IMG/VR virus record: IMGVR_UViG_3300030419_004471 | Span: 62,001-126,000 of that record | Direction: 5' to 3' (one strand) | Length of the DNA: 64,000 bases | Shown: positions 1 through 9,376 of the stretch, piece by piece | How the letters are laid out: the number at the start of each line of letters is the position of its first letter | Numbering within the stretch: the stretch's first letter is position 1 | The notes under the pieces: generated by a model | Told to the model about the DNA's origin: nothing | Seen by the model: only the letters and a program-made list of their open reading frames with translations | The model's database searches: none | Program-made: the position numbers and the translations under genes

Positions 1-15
1 TCAATAAATGTTTCA

Positions 16-942
16 TTATGCAAAGTGTTGAATAGCAATTACAATTGCTACCGAGATTGTAATACCTAATATTAATTTAAGAAAATCTTTACCAATCAAT
101 GGAAACACCTTTTTGAAGTTTCCAGATGATGAGAATGTACTCAATGCTAATTCCCTACCAGCCAACATTCCAATAAATACAAATGTAGTTGACATTGGTA
201 TATTGTTATATTGTTTAAAGTAAAGTAATAGGAATGCATAAACTAAATCTATGATTGTTGCTGAACGAACAAACTTGGTGTTGGTTTTTGATATTACTAA
301 TTGTTGAATCTTACCTCCACCGATTTTAAATACATAACCAAGAACTCCTATATAAAATAATATCATTAAAGAAGTTTCAAGCCAAGTATGTTCTCTTGGT
401 AAGAATACTGCTATATTTGCATGGTCGTGTTGTAACCATTGAGTCCATAAGAAACCAGTAGAAAACCATTGTCCTATTCTCCACCATTTATCATATTTAG
501 AATCTGGCTTTGTTTTTTCATCTATAATTTTAGAAATTACAAACCATAAGATATATGCAGTTACAGCTGCTACTCCATATCCTAAAAAACTCTTTACTAA
601 CATCTTTTCCATTATAAACGATGATGCAAAAGCTGATAGGACTAAGAATGATGTTGATACAGGTATTCCTTTTCTTGTAAGTAGTAGAAGTGCTAGTGGG
701 GCAAGTACATGCCAAATGGTTGGTTCTATATAAGGTATCTTATCTAATCTACCATATGCAACATCACCCTGAAATTGACCATAGATAAATACTCCTGCTA
801 ATATAACAGAAGCAAATGCCCATAACCAATACCATTTGATATCTTTATTTGAGTTTAACCAAGTTCCTAAAGTTTGTAGTGAATCGTTTGCAATTACTGC
901 GTATCCTGCGAGTAAAAAACCTAATAGTGCGAGTGTTTCCAT
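16..942 (-). CDS. Polytopic membrane protein, PiT (inorganic phosphate transporter)-like
   Basis: About 9-10 hydrophobic segments; N-terminal ANDSLQTLGT and internal HDHANIAVFLP recall the duplicated PiT signature; start moved to METLALL (942). Confidence 0.5.
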   Translation of the reverse strand: METLALLGFLLAGYAVIANDSLQTLGTWLNSNKDIKWYWLWAFASVILAGVFIYGQFQGDVAYGRLDKIPYIEPTIWHVLAPLALLLLTRKGIPVSTSFLVLSAFASSFIMEKMLVKSFLGYGVAAVTAYILWFVISKIIDEKTKPDSKYDKWWRIGQWFSTGFLWTQWLQHDHANIAVFLPREHTWLETSLMILFYIGVLGYVFKIGGGKIQQLVISKTNTKFVRSATIIDLVYAFLLLYFKQYNNIPMSTTFVFIGMLAGRELALSTFSSSGNFKKVFPLIGKDFLKLILGITISVAIVIAIQHFA

Positions 943-1006
943 ATGATAGTGTTTTATATAACACACATACATACTGAAACTCGTTCAATTTGATGTTAAG
1001 TTAATA

Positions 1007-2710
1007 TTATCTTTTCTTAAACTTTAATCGTTTTTTCTTAGAAATGAAGAAGTTACCTATCACTAAGTAATCCATATCACACTTTAGGAAGGTTTCGATG
1101 GCTTCTTTTGAGTTTCTTACCATCGTTTGGTCTTTAAGATTAAATGAAGTATTTAATATAATCGGATACTCATTTTCAATCTCAACTTGTTTTAATAATT
1201 TATATATTTTTTCGTTAAAGTTTTTCTTTACAGTTTGTACTCTAGCCGTTCCGTCTATATGTGTGATTGCTGGTAACTTATCTTGATACTCATCTCTAAC
1301 TTGAACAATCTGATTCATATAAGGAATCTCATCGGTTAGATGAAAATATTTATTTCTATCTTTATAAGTAACCATAGGTGCAAACGGTCTGAATCCTTCT
1401 CTTTTCTTAACAACCATATTTACCCTCTTCTTCATTTGTGGGTCTTTTGGGTTTGCTAATATAGAACGATTACCTAATGCTCTTGCACCAAATTCTAATT
1501 TACCATCAACCCACCCAATAATGTTTCCTTTAGAGATTAGTTTAGCTACCTTTTTTATTAATGCGGTTTCGGTCATAACATCATAATCAATGTAGTTACG
1601 ATTTTCGTATATAGAATATAATGCTTCTGTATTGGTTTCTTCTGGTCCTAAAAATGGAGTTTTGTTTTCTTTCCTATCGTTAGTTATATGATTCCAATAA
1701 TTAAGTGCGGCTCCTATCGCAGAACCAGCATCAGATGGAGCTGGTGGAATCCATATATTTTTAAATGGTGTATTTTCTTTTATCTTTCCGTTGGCTGTTC
1801 CGTTATATGCACATCCTCCACTTAAACATAAGTTATCTGATTTGGTTTTGGTGTGTAGTTTGTTTAATAATCTAAAGAAGTGTTTTTCATAAACATATTG
1901 TAATGCAGCTGCAATGTTTTTATGTTTATCATTTAGTGGTTCGTTTGGTAATCGATTTGGAATACCAAATAATTTAGATAGTTTAGTATTAAACATTGTA
2001 CTTTCTGAATGGTGGAATGAAAAATATTTAAGGTTTAGTTCAAACCCATCTTTAGTTTCTTTTATTAGTTCTTTAAATTTCTTTTCATAAAAAACAGGAT
2101 GTCCATATGGTGCTAATCCCATTACTTTATATTCACCTTCGTTTGGTTTAAATCCTAAGAAAGCCGTTATAGTAGAATATAATAATCCTAATGAGTGTGG
2201 ATATATAACTTCATTCATTCTTACTATTTGATTATCTTTAGCGTACGCAGATACAGTTGTATCCCACTCACCAACACCATCTACAGAAAATACGGCAGAT
2301 TCTTTAAAGTCAGATGTAAAATAAGAATAAGCTAAATGAGATAAGTGATGATTTCCCATAACGATAATTGAATTGGGAAAGTTTTCTTGAAGAAGTTCAT
2401 CTGATGTATCGGTGTATGGGAAGTTAAGTGGATTTTTCCAAAAATACTTCCAATAAGATTTCCAACTTCTATCAGTTTTTAGTTTTGGGTGTTCATAATA
2501 ACAAACGGCGTGTATATCATCTCTTGATAGTCCATGCTTTTTAAGAGTCCAATTTATTGAATTGATTGGAAATCTATCTTCATGCTTTATTCCAGTAAAT
2601 CTCTCTTCTTCTACTGCTGATAAAACAACTCCGTTTTGTAATAAAGCAACTGCTGAATCGTGATACCCGTAAGATATTCCTAATATGTAATTATTGGTGA
2701 TACTCGTCAT
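1007..2710 (-). CDS. Carbamoyltransferase (NodU/CmcH/TobZ family)
   Basis: ILGISYGYHDS, EEERF, HHLSH, DGVGE, EYKVMGLAPYG, LSGGCAYN, EFGARALGNRSIL, REGFRPFAP, DGTARVQTV, NTSFN. Confidence 0.95.
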   Translation of the reverse strand: MTSITNNYILGISYGYHDSAVALLQNGVVLSAVEEERFTGIKHEDRFPINSINWTLKKHGLSRDDIHAVCYYEHPKLKTDRSWKSYWKYFWKNPLNFPYTDTSDELLQENFPNSIIVMGNHHLSHLAYSYFTSDFKESAVFSVDGVGEWDTTVSAYAKDNQIVRMNEVIYPHSLGLLYSTITAFLGFKPNEGEYKVMGLAPYGHPVFYEKKFKELIKETKDGFELNLKYFSFHHSESTMFNTKLSKLFGIPNRLPNEPLNDKHKNIAAALQYVYEKHFFRLLNKLHTKTKSDNLCLSGGCAYNGTANGKIKENTPFKNIWIPPAPSDAGSAIGAALNYWNHITNDRKENKTPFLGPEETNTEALYSIYENRNYIDYDVMTETALIKKVAKLISKGNIIGWVDGKLEFGARALGNRSILANPKDPQMKKRVNMVVKKREGFRPFAPMVTYKDRNKYFHLTDEIPYMNQIVQVRDEYQDKLPAITHIDGTARVQTVKKNFNEKIYKLLKQVEIENEYPIILNTSFNLKDQTMVRNSKEAIETFLKCDMDYLVIGNFFISKKKRLKFKKR

Positions 2711-3422
2711 CCCAAAACTCATTAATATTCTCCTCTACTACATCTCCTTCTAAAAATGCATTTAACATTTTTTTCTGATGTTGTTTCATAACATTCACAA
2801 CCTTAGTAATGTAGTGAGTTTTACAATCAGTCATTTCTCTGATTAGTAAGTATAAATGTTTTTTATTAAAGTTCTCTATATAATCTGCTCTTCTAAATAA
2901 TTCTAATACTGCATCAGCGATTTGTATATCTCTTTTCTTTGTAAATACAACTGTAAGATTCTTATCCCAATAGCTTAACATTATTTTTCTGAATTCAGAG
3001 AACTCCTCATTCTGTTCTGTTTTATAAAAATCATTTTCAGGATTCCAAGTTACTGGCATTTCTGAAATTAATTGATTCTTCTGCCATCTTTTGTAGTTAC
3101 CATTATTATTTAGAATCAAATAATTTTTTGCAATAATTGTAAAGTAAGAGAATGCCTTTCCTTTACCTTCTTTAAACATATGAATCTTTTCTACCATAGC
3201 AGATACAACTTCTTTTTGTATATCCTTTTTCGGTACATCAAAGTATGTAAACTTAAATGTGTTTAAAACATTTTCTGCTAATTTTTCAAAAGGATATTTA
3301 ATCCCTTCATTGTATATTTGATTTTTCTTTTTTTGATTCTTACATTTATTATATGCAATAATAGCCTCTTGGGCAGGTGTACCAAAATACATTTTGGATT
3401 TTTTTCTTCTCGGTCTCGGCAT
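2691..3422 (-). CDS. Putative phage-encoded RNA polymerase sigma factor-like protein
   Basis: DIQKEVVSAMVEKIHMFKEGKGKAFSYFTIIAKNYL resembles sigma region 2 (D.+Q..+..+E.+..F...KG..FS.Y). Confidence 0.55.
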   Translation of the reverse strand: MPRPRRKKSKMYFGTPAQEAIIAYNKCKNQKKKNQIYNEGIKYPFEKLAENVLNTFKFTYFDVPKKDIQKEVVSAMVEKIHMFKEGKGKAFSYFTIIAKNYLILNNNGNYKRWQKNQLISEMPVTWNPENDFYKTEQNEEFSEFRKIMLSYWDKNLTVVFTKKRDIQIADAVLELFRRADYIENFNKKHLYLLIREMTDCKTHYITKVVNVMKQHQKKMLNAFLEGDVVEENINEFWDDEYHQ

Positions 3423-3425
3423 TTC

Positions 3426-3689
3426 TTATTTAAATTTTTCGTTTAGCTCTGTTACTATTCCTTTTAGTTCTGTAAATACAGTACCAACCTCATCATCAGA
3501 TTCAAAAGAACCCCTAATGTCTGCTTCCTCCATTCTGGCGTTTGCTTCTCTTACTCTTTCTGTAACATCAGAAACTGTTCCAACCAAATCATCTTCCAGT
3601 TGTTCGTTTTGTTTAAGTAAATTCCTTACCCCATATAGAAGTAATCCATTGGCTACAACAGATACTCCTAATAATATTTCTATAACCAT
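3426..3689 (-). CDS. Hypothetical protein, N-terminal TM helix plus coiled coil
   Basis: ORF in operon-like spacing; hydrophobic N-terminus. Confidence 0.6.
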   Translation of the reverse strand: MVIEILLGVSVVANGLLLYGVRNLLKQNEQLEDDLVGTVSDVTERVREANARMEEADIRGSFESDDEVGTVFTELKGIVTELNEKFK

Positions 3690-3690
3690 T

Positions 3691-4269
3691 TTAATTTAAT
3701 TTAATATCGTATCCACTAAATAGCTTCATATACGATGTTATCTTTGTACCATAAGCATCTTTAAAAACTTTACCATTTTTAAAGTATCTTTTTACTGAAC
3801 CCTGTCCTCCAAGATGTGCAGCTGCTAATATACCACTTTCTGAAATGTACATACCATTGACTGTTTCACCATCGAATAAATCAATATAAGTTTGTAATTT
3901 TTCTTTGTTGTGTAGTAGTAAAGCCATCATAGCTTCTTCTTGTAGTTGTGGGTTGTTGAGGAATTCTTTACGAGTAACTTCAAATCCTAACCCTTTAAGA
4001 GTTGATTTACCAAATTGGTATTTACCCATATATCCCCAAGTGTTTGTAATATCATATCTATTACCACTTTCTCTAAATCCAATATCAGTTAAGAATCTGT
4101 TAAGTTCATCTTCGTGATATTTTTTGATTCTAAGTTCTTCAGCTTCTTTTCTGAGTTTTTCCTCTGTTATCAACTTATCATAGTTGTATAATTCGGATGT
4201 TGTTGCGGAATCTATCATTCCAAACGATAGTATTGATAACACCATCGTTGCGATTATTGTTTTTCTCAT
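3691..4269 (-). CDS. Lysozyme-like/lytic transglycosylase with signal peptide
   Basis: Catalytic-Glu motif IGFRESGNRY, GYMGKYQFG, GILAAAHLGGQGSV. Confidence 0.7.
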   Translation of the reverse strand: MRKTIIATMVLSILSFGMIDSATTSELYNYDKLITEEKLRKEAEELRIKKYHEDELNRFLTDIGFRESGNRYDITNTWGYMGKYQFGKSTLKGLGFEVTRKEFLNNPQLQEEAMMALLLHNKEKLQTYIDLFDGETVNGMYISESGILAAAHLGGQGSVKRYFKNGKVFKDAYGTKITSYMKLFSGYDIKLN

Positions 4270-4298
4270 ACGGTCTCCCTTTTGATTAAACTTCTTTA

Positions 4299-4329
4299 CA
4301 AATATACGAAAAATATTTCATATATCCAA
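4299..4329 (-). promoter_or_regulatory. Bacteroidota sigmaA-type promoter (copy 1)
   Basis: TTGG-N19-TATATTTG on minus strand, upstream of 4269. Confidence 0.8.
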
Positions 4330-4346
4330 ATAAAACTTGATTTTTT

Positions 4347-4601
4347 TTATGCTTTACCCATAGGACCGAAGTAAATGCCCCGCATAACATCTTCATCAAT
4401 ATCCACTTTTTTTCTTAATTCTTTGGCTTGTTGAATTAGTTTTGCGTATTCTCTTGCTGTTTCGTAGAACAGTTCAAGATTTGTTCGTAGTCTCTCTTCT
4501 ACCTCTTCTTTAGTTATTAATTCCTTTTCAATTAACAATTCTAATATAGATTGATTAAGTAACGTTTGTTCCACTAAGTTATCCTTAATTTGTTTTATCA
4601 T
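4347..4601 (-). CDS. Hypothetical protein
   Basis: ORF in tightly packed minus-strand run. Confidence 0.6.
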   Translation of the reverse strand: MIKQIKDNLVEQTLLNQSILELLIEKELITKEEVEERLRTNLELFYETAREYAKLIQQAKELRKKVDIDEDVMRGIYFGPMGKA

Positions 4602-4830
4602 TTTCTTTTATATCCTTCAATAATGTTTTTATATTATCTCTAGTATCTTTTAAGTCCCCAAAAGAACCTTGAATGCTTTTTGGTGAATAACCTAATGAGT
4701 GTGCTAATCTTATTGTGATTGCTTTAAACTCGTTTATGTTCATATCGTCTGGAACTTCAAACTTAATTTCGTTTGCTTCTCTTACGTTTTGCTTCCATCC
4801 GTTACTGTATTTAAATATTAGTTTTGCCAT
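4585..4830 (-). CDS. Hypothetical protein
   Basis: ORF in tightly packed minus-strand run. Confidence 0.6.
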   Translation of the reverse strand: MAKLIFKYSNGWKQNVREANEIKFEVPDDMNINEFKAITIRLAHSLGYSPKSIQGSFGDLKDTRDNIKTLLKDIKENDKTN

Positions 4831-4844
4831 CGTTCCATTGTTTT

Positions 4845-5468
4845 TTATACAATTTGATATCCTTTCTCCAATAATGGTAGTGCTTTTTTGTATTTCATAA
4901 ACTCTGTTTCACCATCTGGAGATTTTATCATAATCCTTTCGTTTCTTCCATATTTTTTTTCAGATTTTCTTGTAGTACTATATGCTCTAATCTCATCAGT
5001 AATTAAAATACCATCTAAATGGTCAATCTCATGCTGAGCCACTACACATTCTAGCAATCCTTCATCACCAAAATAATTATGACCTTCTGTTCCAATCTTA
5101 TCTGGTTCATCTGGTCCAAACTCTATCGTACCTAAGTTATCAGTCTCAACTGTAATGTTAATACTCCTTACAGTGTTCTTTGGTTTTCTCATTGTTTTGG
5201 GTAAAGATAAACAACTCTCAATATATTGAACTGCTTCTTCACTTCTTTTAGTTATTCTTGGATTCACTAACACCAATGGGTCTTTTATGCTTATTGCACA
5301 CATTCGTTTATCTACTCCAATCTGATTAGCAGATAATCCAAACCCTTTGTGATTTTTTATTCCCGTCAATAAAGCTGCTCCAATTACATCTTGTTCTGAT
5401 TTGTTTTTTGGAACATCTACTAATGGGGTTCTTAATTTACTTAAATCGGTTACTATTTTACTCATCAA
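4845..5468 (-). CDS. def: Peptide deformylase
   Basis: Three PDF motifs: GFGLSANQIG, ESCLS, QHEIDHLDG. Confidence 0.95.
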   Translation of the reverse strand: MMSKIVTDLSKLRTPLVDVPKNKSEQDVIGAALLTGIKNHKGFGLSANQIGVDKRMCAISIKDPLVLVNPRITKRSEEAVQYIESCLSLPKTMRKPKNTVRSINITVETDNLGTIEFGPDEPDKIGTEGHNYFGDEGLLECVVAQHEIDHLDGILITDEIRAYSTTRKSEKKYGRNERIMIKSPDGETEFMKYKKALPLLEKGYQIV

Positions 5469-5751
5469 ATAATTTTAATTGTTTATCGTTTTCTTTCTTT
5501 GAATCTTCCCAAGTATGATTTGTTGTCCACGTTGGAAGTTCATCTACTAAAACTTGTTCTCTTGTGGATATATCTGCTCCTAATCTTCTACGAGTTACAG
5601 TTTTACCACCATCGGGTGATTCATATATCCAACTTCTATCATCTTCTTTAAAGAAGTTTTCTTGTTGTAACCAGTACAACTGTCTTACCTTTTCACCTAA
5701 CTCAAAATCGTTAGGATATGTTTCTACTAATCTTTTAATGTGATTATCCAT
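5458..5751 (-). CDS. Hypothetical phage protein
   Basis: ORF overlapping its neighbours; WIYESPDGGKTV motif. Confidence 0.6.
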   Translation of the reverse strand: MDNHIKRLVETYPNDFELGEKVRQLYWLQQENFFKEDDRSWIYESPDGGKTVTRRRLGADISTREQVLVDELPTWTTNHTWEDSKKENDKQLKLFDE

Positions 5752-6292
5752 TTTTTATTCTCCTTACTAATGTTTTTGTATTTAATCTATTTTGGTGTGG
5801 ATTCTTCCACAACTCTGTATTATCATATTCGTTTAATCTTTTAATCTCTGCGTTTGGGTGTATATCTATAAAATCATCTACTACAGCGTTGTTAATTAAG
5901 ATATACCCACCTTTTACTAAGTTACCCCAAGCCCAGTTAAATAATAAATATCTAGCATCTCTATCTGTATCTAAAGAGCCGATATCTATATCACAATATG
6001 CTATTGGTCTATGATGGGTGTTTTCTTCATATACATCTAATGAAAATACTCTCGGGTGATTTAATGGATTGAATAAATCATATCCATAAACCCTATCGTA
6101 TCCAAATTGATTACATAGTTTTTCAACAGTAATACCTAACCCACAACCAAATTGTATAATATCACCCTTTGGTAATTTAAGCTTAGATATTATTTCTGAT
6201 ACTACTTTGTAGGAATGATAGTCGTAACCATATTCACTCCATATGGTGTTTCCACCATCAAACCAGTCGTTCCATTGTTTTTTATAACCCAT
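5744..6292 (-). CDS. Class I SAM-dependent methyltransferase-like
   Basis: IIQFGCGLG motif I, YGYDL, LVKGGYIL. Confidence 0.7.
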   Translation of the reverse strand: MGYKKQWNDWFDGGNTIWSEYGYDYHSYKVVSEIISKLKLPKGDIIQFGCGLGITVEKLCNQFGYDRVYGYDLFNPLNHPRVFSLDVYEENTHHRPIAYCDIDIGSLDTDRDARYLLFNWAWGNLVKGGYILINNAVVDDFIDIHPNAEIKRLNEYDNTELWKNPHQNRLNTKTLVRRIKNG

Positions 6293-6974
6293 CTTTTATA
6301 AAATAACTTATTCCTTGAGTTTCACTTTCTACAATATCTTTTATTGGTATTTGCTTTCCATTAGTAAACTTACCATTCTTTAAATCCCTTATAAATTTGG
6401 GAACATCTTCATTGTATCCACTGCTATAAACAGTATCGTGAAATGCTACAATTCCTCCTTTTTTTACAAGAGGATAATATAATAAAAAATCTGCTAATAC
6501 TGATGCGTATGTATGATTCCCATCAATAAATAACATACTTATGTTTTCGTGCTTATCATATACACGCTCAACTATTTTTTCATCATTTGATAATCCGTGA
6601 TAAAATTTTGATTTACCATCATCTAAAATAAATTTGTTATAGAATTTTTTTATATTTCTACCAAACTCTCTAACCCGTTCCCATTCTTTTTCTATTGTTA
6701 TTGCTTCATCAAATAACTGTCTCCATAAAAAATGAGTACTACCAAAATGACCCAAACCAATTTCTAAACAAGACCCGTTGTCGTTTTTTGTTTCTAATAT
6801 TTTTTCAACTAATATGTAAAGTTCTTTTCTAACTTGCTGAATTCCTTTTTCTTCATTTAAAGAATTTTCAGCTACACAAATATATGGATTATATTCATAC
6901 TCAAGATAATTTCCATCACCTTTGGTAGAAACCCATTTATCTAAGTTTGTAAATATATTAGAAATCGTTTTCAC
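6282..6974 (-). CDS. Class I SAM methyltransferase (Methyltransf_24-like)
   Basis: CLEIG motif I; LFIDGNHTY..VLADF..Y..LVKKGGIVAFHD. Confidence 0.85.
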   Translation of the reverse strand: MKTISNIFTNLDKWVSTKGDGNYLEYEYNPYICVAENSLNEEKGIQQVRKELYILVEKILETKNDNGSCLEIGLGHFGSTHFLWRQLFDEAITIEKEWERVREFGRNIKKFYNKFILDDGKSKFYHGLSNDEKIVERVYDKHENISMLFIDGNHTYASVLADFLLYYPLVKKGGIVAFHDTVYSSGYNEDVPKFIRDLKNGKFTNGKQIPIKDIVESETQGISYFIKDGL

Positions 6975-7456
6975 TAAACTGCTAAATTATTATATTTTTC
7001 TAACAACCAAGATGAAGATTGAACCTTATCTCCCAATCCCCATACCATATCGATACCATATCCTTTACAAACATCTTCTTCGGTTTCAGGAACTTCACCA
7101 GCAACTCTATCACCTCCATTACCGAAAGCCATAACTCCGTTTTCCCATTCGTTTCCATTATCCCTCATATATTTGTGTCTTGCTGCATCTATGAAATCAC
7201 ATGCAGTAGTATCGTTGTGTATTCTTGGATTCATAATGTAAACCCAATCAACTCCTTTTATATTATCCATTACGAAAGCTCTTTCTCTTTCTTTCATAAA
7301 TGATTTTCCTTTTTTATTTCTTAACCAACTATCGTTATTAAGTCCTATCCAAACTTCATCCGCAAGTTCTCTTGCGTTTTGGATACATTGTATATGACCT
7401 TTGTGGACGGGGTCAAAACCGCCGCTTATTAAAATTACTTTATACTTTTTGCTCAT
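6974..7456 (-). CDS. HxGH nucleotidyltransferase (HldE C-terminal/TagD-like)
   Basis: ISGGFDPVHKGH, VGLNND, FGNGGDR, KVQSSS. Confidence 0.9.
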   Translation of the reverse strand: MSKKYKVILISGGFDPVHKGHIQCIQNARELADEVWIGLNNDSWLRNKKGKSFMKERERAFVMDNIKGVDWVYIMNPRIHNDTTACDFIDAARHKYMRDNGNEWENGVMAFGNGGDRVAGEVPETEEDVCKGYGIDMVWGLGDKVQSSSWLLEKYNNLAV

Positions 7457-7836
7457 TTGTTTTCTGTTTTCCAGTTTTCTCCAAACGCTCCAACTTCTTT
7501 TCTATGTTCATCTGTTGGGTCGTATTTTCGTGTAACATAGTATCCCAAGATTGTACCAGGTTCTAATGCTTTATATCCGTGATATACGCCTGGTGGAATC
7601 TTTAATACTCTTGGGTATCTATCTGAAAGGTATTTAAATGAACATCCTTCTTCTTCGGTTGCCCATCCAACTTTTAAACTTCCTTTCAAACAAATCCAAT
7701 AATCAGTTTGTTTTTCATGCTTATGCCAAGCAACAATATGTTCTGTAGAATTAATGTAAGATATGTTTACTTGTCCTTTTTCAATTGGAAACACATCTAA
7801 CAATCTTTGTGCTCTATCATCTTCGTGGTATTTCAT
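7453..7836 (-). CDS. RmlC-like cupin (NDP-sugar 3,5-epimerase family)
   Basis: VAWHKHEKQTDYW, LKIPPGVYHGY, Y..YDP.DE. Confidence 0.8.
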   Translation of the reverse strand: MKYHEDDRAQRLLDVFPIEKGQVNISYINSTEHIVAWHKHEKQTDYWICLKGSLKVGWATEEEGCSFKYLSDRYPRVLKIPPGVYHGYKALEPGTILGYYVTRKYDPTDEHRKEVGAFGENWKTENK

Positions 7837-7838
7837 AA

Positions 7839-8651
7839 CTAATTATTTAATGGTGCTTTGATTGTGGGATGTGATTCATAACTATAAATCTCATAATCAA
7901 ACTCACCCTCTAATATATGAATATTAGATAATTTAATTTTTGGCAAATTATACGAATCTCTTTTTATTTGTTCGTGGGCTTGTTCTAAATGATTTTTATA
8001 TAAATGTACATCACCTAAGTTACCAATCAGTTCACCTGGTTGTAATCCTGTTTCTTCACATAATAATAAAAGAAGTAATCCATAAGATGCTATATTAAAT
8101 GGTAATCCTAAGAATACATCTACACTTCTTTGATTCCACATAAGTGAAAGTTTACCATCATTTACATAACATTGGAATCCATAATGACAAGGTGGTAATA
8201 CCATCTTATCTAAATCTCCAACATTCCATGCATTAACCATCAACCTTCTTGAATCAGGATTAGTTTTTATTTCATTTATAAGATTTGTTATTTGGTCGAT
8301 AGAAGTCTCTCCATAATCAGTAGTCCAACCTCTCCATTGTTTACCATAGATTGGACCAAGCTCACCATCGGTTCTTCCGCTCTTGGTGTAATCACCATCC
8401 CAAATCTTACAACCATTATCTCTTAGATATTTTATATCTGTTCTTCCTTTTAAGAACCATCTAAGTTCTGTAACCATTTGTTTGATTGCCATCTTCTTTG
8501 TAGTAAGAAGTGGAAACCCATCTTTCATATTGTGTCTAAATGTATCTCCAAAGTAAGATAAAGTACCTGTACCTGTCCTATCTTTTTTCTCTGTACCATA
8601 CATTATAAGTTTCCTAAGAAACCCTTGATATTGTTTGTCTACTGTATTCAT
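7839..8651 (-). CDS. thyA: Thymidylate synthase
   Basis: DRTGTGT, FPLLTTKK, LGPIYGKQWR, LPPCH, NQRSVDVFLGLPFNIASY. Confidence 0.97.
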   Translation of the reverse strand: MNTVDKQYQGFLRKLIMYGTEKKDRTGTGTLSYFGDTFRHNMKDGFPLLTTKKMAIKQMVTELRWFLKGRTDIKYLRDNGCKIWDGDYTKSGRTDGELGPIYGKQWRGWTTDYGETSIDQITNLINEIKTNPDSRRLMVNAWNVGDLDKMVLPPCHYGFQCYVNDGKLSLMWNQRSVDVFLGLPFNIASYGLLLLLLCEETGLQPGELIGNLGDVHLYKNHLEQAHEQIKRDSYNLPKIKLSNIHILEGEFDYEIYSYESHPTIKAPLNN

Positions 8652-8652
8652 A

Positions 8653-9006
8653 TTATACCATCTTATCTCCAGTCATTCCATCATAGGATTCAAACCTATA
8701 ATAAACTGTTATTTCTTCTCCTACTTTTATTGGACGTATAGAATATAAAGTTCTATCTTCGTTTTCAGTATTTATGTAGCAATTGGGAGTTTCACTATGA
8801 TTTATAAATCCACCAAGTGGAGTTCTAACCCACTCCCTTCTATTTTTACTAACTACAAATACGTGAGTTTCTCCAAAGTCATGCCCTGCTTCAATATCCT
8901 CCGTTGCAAATAAACCCAATCCATGCACTTTACTTTTCTTAATAGTAAGTCCATATTGTAAAGGTTTATATGTTTCTTCAGTAAATTCTTTAATTATTTC
9001 TGTCAT
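8653..9006 (-). CDS. SET domain protein
   Basis: SKVHGLGLFATEDI, GGFINHSETPNC, IKVGEEITVYY. Confidence 0.9.
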   Translation of the reverse strand: MTEIIKEFTEETYKPLQYGLTIKKSKVHGLGLFATEDIEAGHDFGETHVFVVSKNRREWVRTPLGGFINHSETPNCYINTENEDRTLYSIRPIKVGEEITVYYRFESYDGMTGDKMV

Positions 9007-9230
9007 ATTATTTCTATGGTTAGTCCATATTCTTTTCCATATATTTCGTAACCGTGATTTCTGTTGTCTATTTTAAATTCTGTAAATTGATAAACTACTA
9101 TCTCTACATCACCTATCCAACCAAATACTGCGTTATCAGCATAATCAATTGATAAATGTGTTAAGGATTTATCGGCTATAGCTTTTTTAGCTTCTTTAGT
9201 TAAATCCTTAAATGGTATGTTTATAATCAT
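9003..9230 (-). CDS. Hypothetical protein
   Basis: ATGA overlap with both neighbours. Confidence 0.6.
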   Translation of the reverse strand: MIINIPFKDLTKEAKKAIADKSLTHLSIDYADNAVFGWIGDVEIVVYQFTEFKIDNRNHGYEIYGKEYGLTIEII

Positions 9231-9364
9231 GTCAACAATCCATAGATAATCATTCCAACCAGAATTATTCCTAATCCCATTGTTGAAATGAATGCAAGTT
9301 TTTCATTATTTTCTGTTTGACGTTTACTTCTACCCTGTCTATACTTCTTATCCTCTTCGGTCAT
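9227..9364 (-). CDS. Small membrane protein (45 aa, below the ORF-track cutoff)
   Basis: MTEEDKKYRQGRSKRQTENNEKLAFISTMGLGIILVGMIIYGLLT; directly after promoter copy 2; ATGA overlap downstream. Confidence 0.65.
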   Translation of the reverse strand: MTEEDKKYRQGRSKRQTENNEKLAFISTMGLGIILVGMIIYGLLT

Positions 9365-9376
9365 TATAATTTAAAT

